From a virus, in the IMG/VR virus record IMGVR_UViG_3300042922_000265, positions 32,001 to 96,000 of that record: a stretch of 64,000 nt of DNA, one strand, 5' to 3'. The notes under the pieces were generated by a model. The model had not been told where the DNA came from. It did no database searches and saw only the letters and a program-made list of their open reading frames with translations. Below, piece after piece: positions 33,999 through 44,548 of this stretch (the first letter of the stretch is position 1; each line of letters begins with the position of its first letter). The position numbers were made by a program, and so were the translations under genes.

Positions 33999-36313
33999 TA
34001 CTTACCACCTCCCAGGAACGGTGCGGAGTGGTTGAAATTCGGATCACCGGGACTTGGGCTGTTCATGGTGCCCGTGCCGTATCCGGCGTTGACGCCGCGC
34101 TGCTGGCCGGTCAGGGTGACCGAGGCCGGTGCGGTAACGCGACCGTTCTGGTCGACCACGATGCGCACCTCGCCCTGAACGTTGCCCTCGGTGCGGATAC
34201 GGGTGTCAGCCATCTCTTTGCCGGTAGCTGGTGGCGGTGCCGAACGCCGCTGTGCGTCGGCCAAGATGTCCTCCGGGCTGGCGAAGTACTTGCCCACCTG
34301 GTCACCGAAGTTGGTGAAGTTACGACCGGCGGCCTTGAGCGAGTCCCAGGAGCCGCTGAGGTTACCGCTGAGTAGCTTTCCTCCGGCGGCCAGCAGGTTG
34401 CCGGGAGACTTTAGGGGCGAAAACAGGTTGCCTACCTGCTCGCCGATGGTGCCAGGGTCTGCAGCAGCCTGCGCGCGGCGCGACGAGGCGCGCCCGGTGG
34501 GGTTACCCTCCTCGACCAGCGACTTGTACAGCTCGTGGGCATCATCCCAGGAGCCCAGAGACACACCCATGGACTCACAGATCAGCATGAACTGCTCGGT
34601 GCCCAGCACCAGGTCGCCCTTGGAACTGTCGGAGGCTTGCTTGGCGAATCGACCCAGGGTTTTCCAGTAGGCGTCGCCGATGTCGATACCCTGCTGCTGC
34701 ATGCGGGCCGGGACCATGCGGGGGCTGTAGACGTCCTTGACGCCATTAGTCACAGCCATCTGCATCAGGAAGTCCGGGTTCTGCATCGCGCCCTGGGCGG
34801 TGGCCGGGACGATGTTCTTGAGCTGCTGGTTGTCGCTGAACGCCTCGTTGATCGCGTTGGTCGCCTGGGTCAGCGACTCGCCTTCCAGACCCATGCCCTG
34901 CAGGACCTTGGTGGTGTTCTGGTAGGCCGAGTTGCGCTCCTCCTGGCTCATCGCGTTGCCCTCGGTGCGGGTCAGGTCCTTGAGCATGCTCATCTGCGAA
35001 GCGAAGTCCTCGACCGACAAGCCGCCCTTCTCCACGGTGGTGCGGAAGAGATCCATGCTCTGGCTGGAGGTCATGTTCATCTCTTTGAGGTTCTCGGCCA
35101 TCATCTTGGAGACGGTGTCGAACTCCTGGCCGGTGTAGCCGTTACGCAGGGCCGACTGCATGATCGACCGCGACTGCTCCAGCGAGATGAACGGGTTGAT
35201 GGCCATCATCCGGGCCTGCATCTCATAGCCGAAGCCCTCTGCGGCTCCGCCACCGGATGCCGATCCGAGGTTGCGGTAATCCTGGATCTGCTCGCCCGCG
35301 TTCTGGACGAACTTGTTACCCGCCACGGCGGTACCCAGAGCCAGCCCGGCCAGGCCCGCGCCCTTGGCGATACCGCCCCAAGCGCCGAATCCACCACCGC
35401 CGCCATCTCCGGTGCCTCCTCCGCCACCGCCTCCTCCGCCGCCACCACCGTGGCCGCCGATGCGCCCGATCGCGCCGAGGGTCGCTGCTGCGCCCGCCAT
35501 CATGCCGCCGCCAGCACCACGGGTGCCGCTGCGAACCTCATTGAGGACCGAGGACGCCGTGCTGCCCGCCGTGGCCAGATGCTGTTGCCAGGCCGGGGCG
35601 TCCGGGTGCGGAGTGGCCGGTTCGTTCTGCTTCTCGCTGGTGGTCGGCTGGCCGCTGTTAGTCGGGTCGGGCGGGGCCGAGGATGCGCGCTGGGCCTGAG
35701 TGGCCTGTGGAGACGTCGATGCTGCCGTGGGGGCACCCTGCCCCATCCCGCCGCCGGTACCGCCGGAGACACCCTGCTGGGCCGCCAGCTGGCCGCCTAC
35801 AAGACCGAGCTGGGCCGGATTGACGTACCCCCCACGCTGGGCCGCCATGTTGGCGAACGTGCGCGGGTCGCTCTGCATCATCTGCTGCATGTAGCTGGTC
35901 ATCTGGGCCTGGCCCATACCGATGCCGGTTCCGGGCATGCCAGCAAACGGGTCCATGTAGCCCGACGGGGCGGCTGTGGAGTAGGTGCCACCACCGGGCT
36001 GCCCACCCATCGGTGCGCCACTCATGCCGACGTTGGAGTGACCGCCCAATTCCTGCTGGATGTAGCTCATCCGCTCCAGCTGGGTGATCATGTTGCGATA
36101 CGCCTGGTTGGCTTGCTCGATGATCGCCGGAAGGCTCTGCAGGTACCCCTGCCAGTCGCCGCTGGCCCGCGCCATGGCCTCTTGCTCGACCCGGATGTTG
36201 GCCACCCGCTCGCGGACCTGGTCCAGATCGTTGAGGGTGGATGCCGGGACGTCGACAGAGATCCTCGCGACGACCGAATCGTCGCGGTACTCGAAATTGT
36301 CTGGAGTGGTCAT
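33998..36313 (-). CDS. tape measure protein
   Basis: 771 aa Ala/Gly/Met-rich helical protein directly after chaperones. Confidence 0.8.
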   Translation of the reverse strand: MTTPDNFEYRDDSVVARISVDVPASTLNDLDQVRERVANIRVEQEAMARASGDWQGYLQSLPAIIEQANQAYRNMITQLERMSYIQQELGGHSNVGMSGAPMGGQPGGGTYSTAAPSGYMDPFAGMPGTGIGMGQAQMTSYMQQMMQSDPRTFANMAAQRGGYVNPAQLGLVGGQLAAQQGVSGGTGGGMGQGAPTAASTSPQATQAQRASSAPPDPTNSGQPTTSEKQNEPATPHPDAPAWQQHLATAGSTASSVLNEVRSGTRGAGGGMMAGAAATLGAIGRIGGHGGGGGGGGGGGGTGDGGGGGFGAWGGIAKGAGLAGLALGTAVAGNKFVQNAGEQIQDYRNLGSASGGGAAEGFGYEMQARMMAINPFISLEQSRSIMQSALRNGYTGQEFDTVSKMMAENLKEMNMTSSQSMDLFRTTVEKGGLSVEDFASQMSMLKDLTRTEGNAMSQEERNSAYQNTTKVLQGMGLEGESLTQATNAINEAFSDNQQLKNIVPATAQGAMQNPDFLMQMAVTNGVKDVYSPRMVPARMQQQGIDIGDAYWKTLGRFAKQASDSSKGDLVLGTEQFMLICESMGVSLGSWDDAHELYKSLVEEGNPTGRASSRRAQAAADPGTIGEQVGNLFSPLKSPGNLLAAGGKLLSGNLSGSWDSLKAAGRNFTNFGDQVGKYFASPEDILADAQRRSAPPPATGKEMADTRIRTEGNVQGEVRIVVDQNGRVTAPASVTLTGQQRGVNAGYGTGTMNSPSPGDPNFNHSAPFLGGGK

Positions 36314-36316
36314 GGG

Positions 36317-36706
36317 CTAGATCCACGCTCCGTTGCTCTCGTCCAGATAGCCGAAGACCTCTCCGCCCGAGACCATGCGCTGTTTCTCCAGGTCCTCGTA
36401 ATAGGCGTCCAGCTCGTCGATGTTGTCTACTACCTCTTCTGCTGGACTCCCGGCCAGAGTTAGAGGCTGGGGCTGCCAGTCCTCGTTGTCAGCAAAGAGA
36501 TCGATATAGCGTTCGGGGTACTGGTACCAGGTCTGCTTCTGCAACGTGTCGTCGATGTCCTGGACCCGCTGGCGGCGTTCTGCGTGGATCTGGTAGATCG
36601 CAGCAAACCTCTGGAAGGGGTTCAGACTCTTCTCCCGGAGGAGACCCTGATGCCAGGCTAGAGCGATGAGACCTTCAGTCTCGTCGTCTAGCCGAGCAAT
36701 TTTCCC
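36317..36706 (-). CDS. tail assembly chaperone, -1 frameshift extension
   Basis: GGGAAAA slippery site at 36700..36706; -1 frame open to stop at 36317. Confidence 0.85.
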   Translation of the reverse strand, partial: GKIARLDDETEGLIALAWHQGLLREKSLNPFQRFAAIYQIHAERRQRVQDIDDTLQKQTWYQYPERYIDLFADNEDWQPQPLTLAGSPAEEVVDNIDELDAYYEDLEKQRMVSGGEVFGYLDESNGAWI

Positions 36707-37266
36707 AGCTTGACAGCCAGCTCGGCGAACTCGCGCTCCAGCTTCATGACCTCGTCGTAGATCTTCACCAAGACCGGTGGATGGAACTCCAGCAGGGCAT
36801 CGCAGTTCTTGGCAAAGATCTCGTCAGGGTCGGTGACCTCCTTGAGGCTCGTCCAGAGATCCTGAACGTTGCCCCGGTGGTCCTTGATCTCGACCAGGCC
36901 GGATGCCACCACGGCAACCTGGTGCGCGCGGGCGAACCCGTGAGTCTCCAGGTAGGGCTTGGTGTAGAGGCCGACGCGCATCTCGTCGCCGGTCTTGAGG
37001 GTGCGGATGCGCACGTCGAAGTCGGCCACGTTGACGGTCTTGTAGCGTCGACCCACGGTCAGAAGGCGCTCAAAGTCCTGGCGCTCTTCAGCGGTGAGCC
37101 TGATCTGCGGTTCTGCTTCTGCGTCCTCTGCCACCTCGACCAGATCGCCGACAATCCGACGGGTCTGCTGGTCCCCGGAGGCTTCCAGCGCATCTCGGTT
37201 CGGTGGCTGGATGTCGGGGTCGATCGTGGTGTCTACTGGACGTTCTTCTTCACTGGGGTAAGTCAC
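36688..37266 (-). CDS. tail assembly chaperone
   Basis: position, ends ...KLGKLLG over slippery site. Confidence 0.85.
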   Translation of the reverse strand: MTYPSEEERPVDTTIDPDIQPPNRDALEASGDQQTRRIVGDLVEVAEDAEAEPQIRLTAEERQDFERLLTVGRRYKTVNVADFDVRIRTLKTGDEMRVGLYTKPYLETHGFARAHQVAVVASGLVEIKDHRGNVQDLWTSLKEVTDPDEIFAKNCDALLEFHPPVLVKIYDEVMKLEREFAELAVKLGKLLG

Positions 37267-37278
37267 TTGCTGTCCTCA

Positions 37279-38037
37279 CTAGTACAGCGGACGGATCGCC
37301 GAAGGCTCCTCCACTGAGTGCTGGCCGTCGTCCCAACGGACGCCGACTTCGGTACCTTCCAGGTGCGTCACCGTGCCTGGAATCATGCTGCCGCGCCAAG
37401 GCATACCAACTCGGTGAGCTGGCGCGAACGTGTGGCCCAACCAGACAGGCTCTGCCATCTGCGCTGGTTGGGTGGGAGGGACCCCGAGGGCCTGGATGGC
37501 CAGCCCGCCAGCGGTGTGCTGACGGGCCGCGCTAAAAGACGGTAGGTCCCATTCCCTGGGGTCGATATTCGGCTTGGCCGGTGGCGGAGCGAACTCCTCC
37601 TCGTGGGGCCGAACCGAACGGGCCTCGTTGATCTCCGGGAAGGTGCCTTCCAGGTTCTCCGAAGAGTGCGGGTCGTAGTCCATGTAGTGGCCGACGTCGT
37701 CAGCGTGCCCGTGACCGGCATGGCCCTGGTCCACCTGGGACTCCGGGATGTGCTGAGATGGGTCGGGCCGATTCATGCCCCACTCATCGTCGAAACGATC
37801 GCGTTCGCCCTGGTATTCGCCGGAGTCTTCGGCGTCCTGAGGATGCCAGGGGTTGCCGAACGACGTCGGTCCGACCGCGTGGCGGGCCAGGAGACCGGCA
37901 TGGATAGACGGGCCGTGCAGCAGATCGGCCACCTCGTCCTGACTGACCGACGCCTGCCGGTCACGGCGCGCATAGATCCCGGCATCGGCGGCGAAGACCG
38001 CGTTGCCCTCGGAGTGCCGCTGAATCGACATGCTCAC
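37279..38037 (-). CDS. hypothetical virion-associated protein, C-terminal SH3-like domain
   Basis: acidic low-complexity; PGTVTH...VGVRWDDG. Confidence 0.65.
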   Translation of the reverse strand: MSMSIQRHSEGNAVFAADAGIYARRDRQASVSQDEVADLLHGPSIHAGLLARHAVGPTSFGNPWHPQDAEDSGEYQGERDRFDDEWGMNRPDPSQHIPESQVDQGHAGHGHADDVGHYMDYDPHSSENLEGTFPEINEARSVRPHEEEFAPPPAKPNIDPREWDLPSFSAARQHTAGGLAIQALGVPPTQPAQMAEPVWLGHTFAPAHRVGMPWRGSMIPGTVTHLEGTEVGVRWDDGQHSVEEPSAIRPLY

Positions 38038-38051
38038 TTGACGCCAGCTCC

Positions 38052-38519
38052 TTAGACGGTAGTGGTACGGATGTACTGCATCGTGATCGTCTTCGGCAGC
38101 GTCATGGTGCCGATGTTGATCTGCTCACCCTCGTCGATGTCGGTGATGACGCAACCGTGATACACCCGAGCGCGGGTGATTCCTGACGGGGACTTGATGA
38201 GCTTGCGGCAGGTGACCTCGCCCATCTGGATTTGACGCTTGAGGACGTCCAGAAGGTTGTTGGTGCCTTCCAGTCCTGGCAGACGCGACCAGACGGGCTC
38301 GTTCCACAGCTCGTAGAACGTCATGCGCAAGCTGCCTGCGCCGACCGCCATGGCGGTCACGATCTCGATCGGAGTCTCCGAATCGATGGGTTGGACGACC
38401 TGTGCTCCGGCCACGGGCTGTGGCGGGGTGTCCTGCAAGGTCTGCAGGTACGCCAGCCGAGTGCCTCGGAACGTCATCGTGGTAAAGCCGGAACCGCCGA
38501 CGCGGGTCTTGGATTCCAC
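38052..38519 (-). CDS. tail tube protein
   Basis: 155 aa following sheath; YHGCVITD. Confidence 0.8.
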   Translation of the reverse strand: MESKTRVGGSGFTTMTFRGTRLAYLQTLQDTPPQPVAGAQVVQPIDSETPIEIVTAMAVGAGSLRMTFYELWNEPVWSRLPGLEGTNNLLDVLKRQIQMGEVTCRKLIKSPSGITRARVYHGCVITDIDEGEQINIGTMTLPKTITMQYIRTTTV

Positions 38520-38543
38520 GGTTCACTCCCTTCGGGTCTTGGC

Positions 38544-39992
38544 CTACAGCGCGGTCTCGGTGGTCTCGATGTCGCCCGTGAGGACGGCCACCGAGTAACG
38601 GACCACGATGTAGTTCAGTGGGTAGGCAGGCAGCCACTCGTAGCGGATCTCCAGCACGTCGGGGAGGGTCGCGATCTGGCGAACCTTGAGTCCCTGGTAG
38701 TTGCGGATGATGTCGTCACGCAGAAGCGACTGCAATGCGGCCTCGGCACTAGCCTTGACCTGAATCAGGGTGGAGTCATAGATCGGCTGACCGATCAGGC
38801 CGTCGGCGTCCAGGTAGTCCCGGATGCGGTAGACCATGACGTCCTGCTGGCCGATGATCGACCACTCTCGGGTCAGCAGATCGGTCGGGTTGGTGGTCAC
38901 GCCGTGACGCACCTGCACCTGCTGGCGTCGGGTCTTCTCGACGACCATCAGACCGTTGCTGGACTCAAGGTTCTTCTCACCCTCGCGCTGGTGCTCCGCA
39001 GGGCCGAGGAAGCCGCGCACGATCTTGCGCGTCAGCGGCTGGGCGGCATTCAGGCTGGAGGCCAGACCGGCCAGGGCGGCAGCCATGTACTGGCCGCCGA
39101 TCACTACAGGCTGGTTCAGCTCAGGGGCGTAGTACTGGAAGCTCGACGGGCTCACCAGCGCCACGCGCTGATCGAAGATCGTCTGAGCGTTGGCGATGCG
39201 CTGGGTTGACAACACCGGGGTGACCGAGCCGTCCATGCCCAGGATGGCCCGACGCTCGTAGCGGTTGTTGGACTGGGCCTGCACGTGCTGCTGAACCAGG
39301 GCCTGGATCGCGGTCGCACCCGTGGCGGGCACGATGATGGCGATCAGCTCCTCGTCGCGGAACTTGTCCAGCGCGTTGGCGTAATCGGCCATGGTGACCG
39401 TATCCGGGTCCTCCGGGTCGATGGCGCAGGTGAGCACGGTCGATGCGCCGTTCATGAAGGCGAACTTGGCGGCCAGGGTCAGCTCGGACTGGATGTTGCC
39501 CGCGCTGTCGAACGGCTCGCCGTAGAAGTCCCGAACGTCGTCGTAGTCGTAGAGCGCGTAGACCTCGAAATAGTCCGGGTCGGTGTACTGGTAGCTCAGC
39601 TGAACGGTGTCACCAGGCAGAATGTGTCCACCGTCGATGACGCGCTGCACGGTGTACAGGTCGTCGCGGGTCTCGATCTCGGAGTCGTCGCCCACGCTGA
39701 CGCGGGTGATGACGTAGTCGGTGCCCAGGACATAGAGCTGACCGGTGTTCGGGTCGACTACGCGCACCGAAGTTGGCTTGATGCCCTTCTGGGTGAGCGT
39801 TCGGTTGGTCGCTGGGGTCTCTTCATCGACGTCGGGGTTGATCTTCACGCTCTCACGGAAGGTCTTGTACCCAACGGACTGACCGAAGAGCGCTACGGCG
39901 GTCGGGACGGAGGACCGGACAGCGAGCTGCGGGCCACCAACTGCTTCGGTGTAAACCCCCGGCGGCTGGTAGCGGGTGAAGTCGATTGCCAC
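38544..39992 (-). CDS. contractile tail sheath protein
   Basis: YQPPGVYTE, VRHGVTT, PAYPLNYI. Confidence 0.92.
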   Translation of the reverse strand: MAIDFTRYQPPGVYTEAVGGPQLAVRSSVPTAVALFGQSVGYKTFRESVKINPDVDEETPATNRTLTQKGIKPTSVRVVDPNTGQLYVLGTDYVITRVSVGDDSEIETRDDLYTVQRVIDGGHILPGDTVQLSYQYTDPDYFEVYALYDYDDVRDFYGEPFDSAGNIQSELTLAAKFAFMNGASTVLTCAIDPEDPDTVTMADYANALDKFRDEELIAIIVPATGATAIQALVQQHVQAQSNNRYERRAILGMDGSVTPVLSTQRIANAQTIFDQRVALVSPSSFQYYAPELNQPVVIGGQYMAAALAGLASSLNAAQPLTRKIVRGFLGPAEHQREGEKNLESSNGLMVVEKTRRQQVQVRHGVTTNPTDLLTREWSIIGQQDVMVYRIRDYLDADGLIGQPIYDSTLIQVKASAEAALQSLLRDDIIRNYQGLKVRQIATLPDVLEIRYEWLPAYPLNYIVVRYSVAVLTGDIETTETAL

Positions 39993-40050
39993 GTCTGAAG
40001 TCCTTTCGTGCCTCTACGTCTTCTCGTTGGTCAAGGTGTTTCCAACAGGG

Positions 40051-40782
40051 TCAGTGCCAATCGAACGGATTGGGCGGGATGTCCATCTCGCTATCCTCGG
40101 CGATTGCCCGCAACGTGTAGGTGCCGTCGTTGCGGAACACGATGTTGGACTGGCCCATGATCTGGAAGCTGTAGGAGTCCTCGTAACCGAGGGTTTCGGG
40201 GTCCCACGGCACGCCAGGGGTGACGGTCTGGCCGCCTGGGGTCACCGTGTCGTGATCGATGGCGATGGCCACGTACGGGTTGTCCTTGAGCGCGCCGATC
40301 AGTCCCCGGAACTGCTTGGTGTCGTAGGTCGGGTCGGTCAGGACGTACTCCGGGGTGCGGGCGTAGGCCAGCATGGTGACCAGGCGGTCACTGACACGGT
40401 CGCGCTCCAGGTTGGTCAAAGCCACCACGGTCAGGGTGACAGTGCCCTTGAACTGGATCTCCCGGATGGTCTCCCAGTTGATGCGCTCGTCGGGGGTGCC
40501 CGCATTGAGGGTGACCTTCTTGACGATCTCGTGGCCGATACCGGCGTTGACGAACTCGGTGAAGCTGAACTGCACCCAGATGCCGGGGTAGTACTTCTCC
40601 TCCATCGGGTATTCCATCTCGACGGAGACCTCGGAGTTGGCCATCTCGTAGCCCAGCGTGGTGCCGTGCAAGCCCTGCTTGATGGCGGTCATGACGCAGC
40701 GCTTGACCTGCTCGATGGGTCCGCCTGGTGTGCCACCGGGGAACTCCTCGTTGGCCTGTCCCGCAGCTCCTAGTTCAGCCAC
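40051..40782 (-). CDS. tail completion/terminator-like protein
   Basis: position upstream of sheath. Confidence 0.6.
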   Translation of the reverse strand: MAELGAAGQANEEFPGGTPGGPIEQVKRCVMTAIKQGLHGTTLGYEMANSEVSVEMEYPMEEKYYPGIWVQFSFTEFVNAGIGHEIVKKVTLNAGTPDERINWETIREIQFKGTVTLTVVALTNLERDRVSDRLVTMLAYARTPEYVLTDPTYDTKQFRGLIGALKDNPYVAIAIDHDTVTPGGQTVTPGVPWDPETLGYEDSYSFQIMGQSNIVFRNDGTYTLRAIAEDSEMDIPPNPFDWH

Positions 40783-41246
40783 TGGATCTGGCTCCTGTCC
40801 TCGGTGATCGACTTCATGATCGATGTCCTGATGAAGGTGCGATTCTCACGGATGGCTTTGGTCATGGCGGACTCGATGAACCGCTTGGGCTCCAGGCCGG
40901 GGTAGCGCCACTTCTGGTTGCGCCAGACCTTGCCCTTGTGCGGGATGTTGACGTAGCCAGGTTTGCCGACGTCCTTGCCGGTACGGAAGTGCGGGCCGTC
41001 GCCCATCTTGCAGCCGAGCGGGACGGTCTTGCCGTTGACCCAGGTCATCAGGTACGGCTTGACACCACTGTTCTGGTACAGCAGGTGCTTGAGGGTCGAT
41101 CGAATACCGACCTCGCCCTTGTTGCTGGCAGGCTGCAGTGCGCCAGAGGACTTCCAACCACGGCCCATGACGTCTTCGCGGGCCTTCTGCGCCGCGATGC
41201 GCGAGAGCACCGCGCAGGTCTCAGCGGGTACGGCGACGCGGGTCAT
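40770..41246 (-). CDS. neck/virion morphogenesis protein
   Basis: basic protein, WRYPGLEPKRFIE. Confidence 0.6.
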   Translation of the reverse strand: MTRVAVPAETCAVLSRIAAQKAREDVMGRGWKSSGALQPASNKGEVGIRSTLKHLLYQNSGVKPYLMTWVNGKTVPLGCKMGDGPHFRTGKDVGKPGYVNIPHKGKVWRNQKWRYPGLEPKRFIESAMTKAIRENRTFIRTSIMKSITEDRSQIQWLN

Positions 41247-41839
41247 CTCGGATTCCCGTCGTAGCGATTGATGATCTTGCCGACGGCGGGGAACTGGTAG
41301 ATCGGCATCTGGTCGCCGACCCGATCGATCTCACCGCGCTGACTCAGCGCGTCCACACTGGTTTGCCCGAAGGCGTTGCCGGTACGGATCGACTCGTTGT
41401 TGATCTCCTTGACCGTGTAGATACCGTCGATCTCCATGACGCGATGCTCCGGGCTCCAGTGCGGCACCCGGATGATGTAGTCGCGCTGCCAGAGGTCGGG
41501 GTACCACTCGGTGTGGATGCGCCGGGGGCGCGGGTGCCAGAGACCACGGCGGTCCTGGTCTTCCTGATCCTGGGCGTCGGTGAAGACAGCCCAGGCACGC
41601 GCGAACTGGGCGACACCGCCGTCGTAGGTGGTGCCGTAGCAACGTGTGCAGCGGCTGGAATCGCTGCCCTTGTAGAGGTCGTCGTAGCACACCGGACAGC
41701 GTGGCTGGTCTCGCGGCACCTCGTTGACGTGGTACATGTGCAGCAGGATGCACTCTTCGCCATGCATCATCAGCGCGTCCCGGACACTCTGGCGAGCAAA
41801 CCGGATCGCGTACGGTTCGACGAGGTCAATGCGTGGCAT
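41243..41839 (-). CDS. head-tail adaptor/closure protein with Zn ribbon
   Basis: CPVC...CTRCYGT.YDGG. Confidence 0.65.
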   Translation of the reverse strand: MPRIDLVEPYAIRFARQSVRDALMMHGEECILLHMYHVNEVPRDQPRCPVCYDDLYKGSDSSRCTRCYGTTYDGGVAQFARAWAVFTDAQDQEDQDRRGLWHPRPRRIHTEWYPDLWQRDYIIRVPHWSPEHRVMEIDGIYTVKEINNESIRTGNAFGQTSVDALSQRGEIDRVGDQMPIYQFPAVGKIINRYDGNPR

Positions 41840-42822
41840 TAGCGGGCGTCACCGCCCACGTAGTTGCCGATACCGACGGCAAAGCTGGCCGGGTAGAACC
41901 GAAACGCGCGGGTCTGCTGGGCGTACAGGCCGGGGATGAAAATGCCGCCCTTCATGCCACCGCCATAGATGCCGCCCGAGACCAGCAGCGCGCCGCGTCC
42001 CAGGGACAGCAGGCCGCGCTTGGCCATGGTGATGGCCTTCTCGAACTGCGGCTCTTCCTTATCCAGCTGCTCGTTCCAGCGCTGCTGGTAGTCGCGCCGG
42101 TCGGTGATGTTGGTCTGCACGTTCTGCAGGTTGGGCTGCTCGATATAACTCAGCGCCAGGTGGCGCATGCACTCCAGCTTGGTGCCCCAGACGATGATCT
42201 GGGTGAGATTGCGGGGCAGTTTCTTCTCGTCCGGGGTCACGCCGTAGGCGGTCACCGGGAAGCCGGTCATGTTGAACTTCATCGTGGCCTGTTGGGCCAG
42301 GAAAGCGATCCGCTCGTAGCTGAAGTGGGTCTGGTAGTTCTCCTGCAGCCACGGGCCACCGGCGGTCGAATCGAACAGGTCCCCGAAGAACCACGACACC
42401 TGCTCGACGATGCGCTTGCCCTCCGGGCGCAGGCGCTCGTACTCCGGCATCTGCTCCAGGATCTGCATGTTGTCCAGGTACTTGAACTCCGACCCGCTGG
42501 CGGTGTAGGTCCATTCAGCGGTCATCAGGCCGACCTTGCGGGTCCACTCCGGGCCGATGTCGTAGTGGTACATTCCGACGTCGTCACGCACGATGGAGGT
42601 CTCGTCCACGGTGACCATGAGGACCCCGCGCGGGTCGGTGTTCAGCCCGCTCAGGTCGTCGAAGAACACGCTCAGGGTCAAGCTGCCGGAGTCAACGTCC
42701 AGGGGCTCACCGTCAGCTCCGAAGACGCCCAGGGCCATGTAGCCACGGCTGTTCTGGGCGACGAACTTGCGAGCCACAGAATGGTCCCGCAGCTTGGGAG
42801 AGAAACCAGCGGGGATGGTCAT
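41839..42822 (-). CDS. head-tail connector/neck protein
   Basis: position and translational coupling. Confidence 0.6.
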   Translation of the reverse strand: MTIPAGFSPKLRDHSVARKFVAQNSRGYMALGVFGADGEPLDVDSGSLTLSVFFDDLSGLNTDPRGVLMVTVDETSIVRDDVGMYHYDIGPEWTRKVGLMTAEWTYTASGSEFKYLDNMQILEQMPEYERLRPEGKRIVEQVSWFFGDLFDSTAGGPWLQENYQTHFSYERIAFLAQQATMKFNMTGFPVTAYGVTPDEKKLPRNLTQIIVWGTKLECMRHLALSYIEQPNLQNVQTNITDRRDYQQRWNEQLDKEEPQFEKAITMAKRGLLSLGRGALLVSGGIYGGGMKGGIFIPGLYAQQTRAFRFYPASFAVGIGNYVGGDAR

Positions 42823-44465
42823 CAGTACGGCCTGACGTAGGTCAAGTCAAACCGGCTGTTGACCCGGCTGTTCTGGTCAAAGAAGCTGAAGATCTTGTCG
42901 ATGATGTTGTTCGGGGCGGTGTAGCGGGCCTTGAGGGTAACCACGTCGCCTTCAGCCAGCCGGATCAGACCGGACAGACTCAGGGTCTGGCTGAAGCCGG
43001 GGGTGAAGCCACTGCCACGGATGAACTTACTGTCGCGGATGGTGGTCTCCAGGCCGTTCACCAGGACCACAAGGTGGGCCTGGTCGGGGGCGAACTGAGG
43101 GTCCCACTGCAGCGCCGGTTCGATCCGGTACAGCCCAGGCTCCTTGACCACAACGTCGGTCAGAGAGGCCGCCTTGTTGAAGAACCCGAAGTCGTCCTCC
43201 AGTTCCTCGGTGAACTCGATCATGGTGCCGGAACCGAAGAGCTTCTGAGCCTTGCTCTGGCGCAGGCGCACGGTAGGGATCGCGTGGATCGGCAGGATGA
43301 TCCACCGGTTGGTGCTGGTGTAGTACCGAAGGTCCTGCATGCGCGCCCAGTCGATCTGGCTCGGCGTGGTCTGGCCAAAGAAGCGCTCGCCGACGCGCAT
43401 GCCGATCATGTAGCCACGGTTGTTCTCGCCCTTGGCCGTGACGTTGTCATTGTCGCGGACGGTGAACAGCAGGCGGCCAGCGCGATAGATCTGGATCTCC
43501 CGGTCGACGACCTGCGCGCGCCATTCGGTATTGGCGATGTAGAGATCGGTGTCGATGTTGCTGGTTGATCCCAGCGTCTTCTCGTTGGCCCGACCGCTGG
43601 TGGTGTAGCGCACCCGCGCGCCGTCGTTGCCGATCATGACGCGGATGTAGGACTGCTCGTCTTCGGACACCCGAAAGTAGAAGTCGTTGGACGCGGGCTG
43701 GGTGAGCGGCAGCGTCTCCTCGATCATGGTGCCGCCGGTTCGCCAGGTCCACACCTGGTCATCAGTCAGGGTGGTGGAATTTTCACCGGTCCAGCGTGCC
43801 CAGCTGGAGTTGTTCCAGCCGCTGTTGTCCAGCCAGGTCAGGAAGCCGTTCGGGGTGGCCATGATGCCGTGGTCATCGTCATCGGTGGCATAGCCCTGGA
43901 CCCAGCCGTCACCGCCGATCTTGAGCACGCTGGCGATGTTGAAGTCGAACAGCTGGTTGACTCCGGCCACCACCAGGTCGTTCTGCAGCTGTCCCCACTG
44001 CCGCCAGCAGCGCGTGTCGGTCTCGTAGATGGTCATACCCATGTGCGGCATGCCGGGCCGGGTGATGCTGGTGCAGATCTTGTACGGGACGTTGAGGATC
44101 TTGTCGCCGTTGTAGTCGTGGAAGTGATCGGCAGCCGCCGCCTTGAGCGGGTTGGTGCCGGTCGGGTCGATCGTGTGGTGGATCGACGTCACAGCCTGAT
44201 CGGTGTCAGGCTCCTCGTGGGTGTTGGCCTGCTTGAGCTTGGAGCCCTTGCGGATGTGTTCAGGGTCACCTGAGTGATCGTGGTCGCGGTAGGAGGTCCC
44301 GCGCTGCAGCAGCTCGACAGCGTCGCCCAGGTCCTGGGCCAGCTCGGGGAGGTTGCGATTGGCACCCGGACCGGCCTGGGCCAGCGGGGTGTCCTCCGGC
44401 AGTGTGGTGACGAAGAACTCGTCGAACGCCGGAGTCTCCGGGGTGCCCGGATAGACGATCGTCAC
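42822..44465 (-). CDS. virion fibre protein with C-terminal C1q/TNF-like domain
   Basis: GMTIYETDT, VVKEPGLYRI, LIRLAEGDVV. Confidence 0.65.
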   Translation of the reverse strand: MTIVYPGTPETPAFDEFFVTTLPEDTPLAQAGPGANRNLPELAQDLGDAVELLQRGTSYRDHDHSGDPEHIRKGSKLKQANTHEEPDTDQAVTSIHHTIDPTGTNPLKAAAADHFHDYNGDKILNVPYKICTSITRPGMPHMGMTIYETDTRCWRQWGQLQNDLVVAGVNQLFDFNIASVLKIGGDGWVQGYATDDDDHGIMATPNGFLTWLDNSGWNNSSWARWTGENSTTLTDDQVWTWRTGGTMIEETLPLTQPASNDFYFRVSEDEQSYIRVMIGNDGARVRYTTSGRANEKTLGSTSNIDTDLYIANTEWRAQVVDREIQIYRAGRLLFTVRDNDNVTAKGENNRGYMIGMRVGERFFGQTTPSQIDWARMQDLRYYTSTNRWIILPIHAIPTVRLRQSKAQKLFGSGTMIEFTEELEDDFGFFNKAASLTDVVVKEPGLYRIEPALQWDPQFAPDQAHLVVLVNGLETTIRDSKFIRGSGFTPGFSQTLSLSGLIRLAEGDVVTLKARYTAPNNIIDKIFSFFDQNSRVNSRFDLTYVRPY

Positions 44466-44548
44466 CTGGATCTCCTACTCAGCAGGGTGGGTACAGCGAC
44501 GGGGACCCGGTGTGGTCGTGAGATGCACACCGGGTCGCCTCGTCGTGC

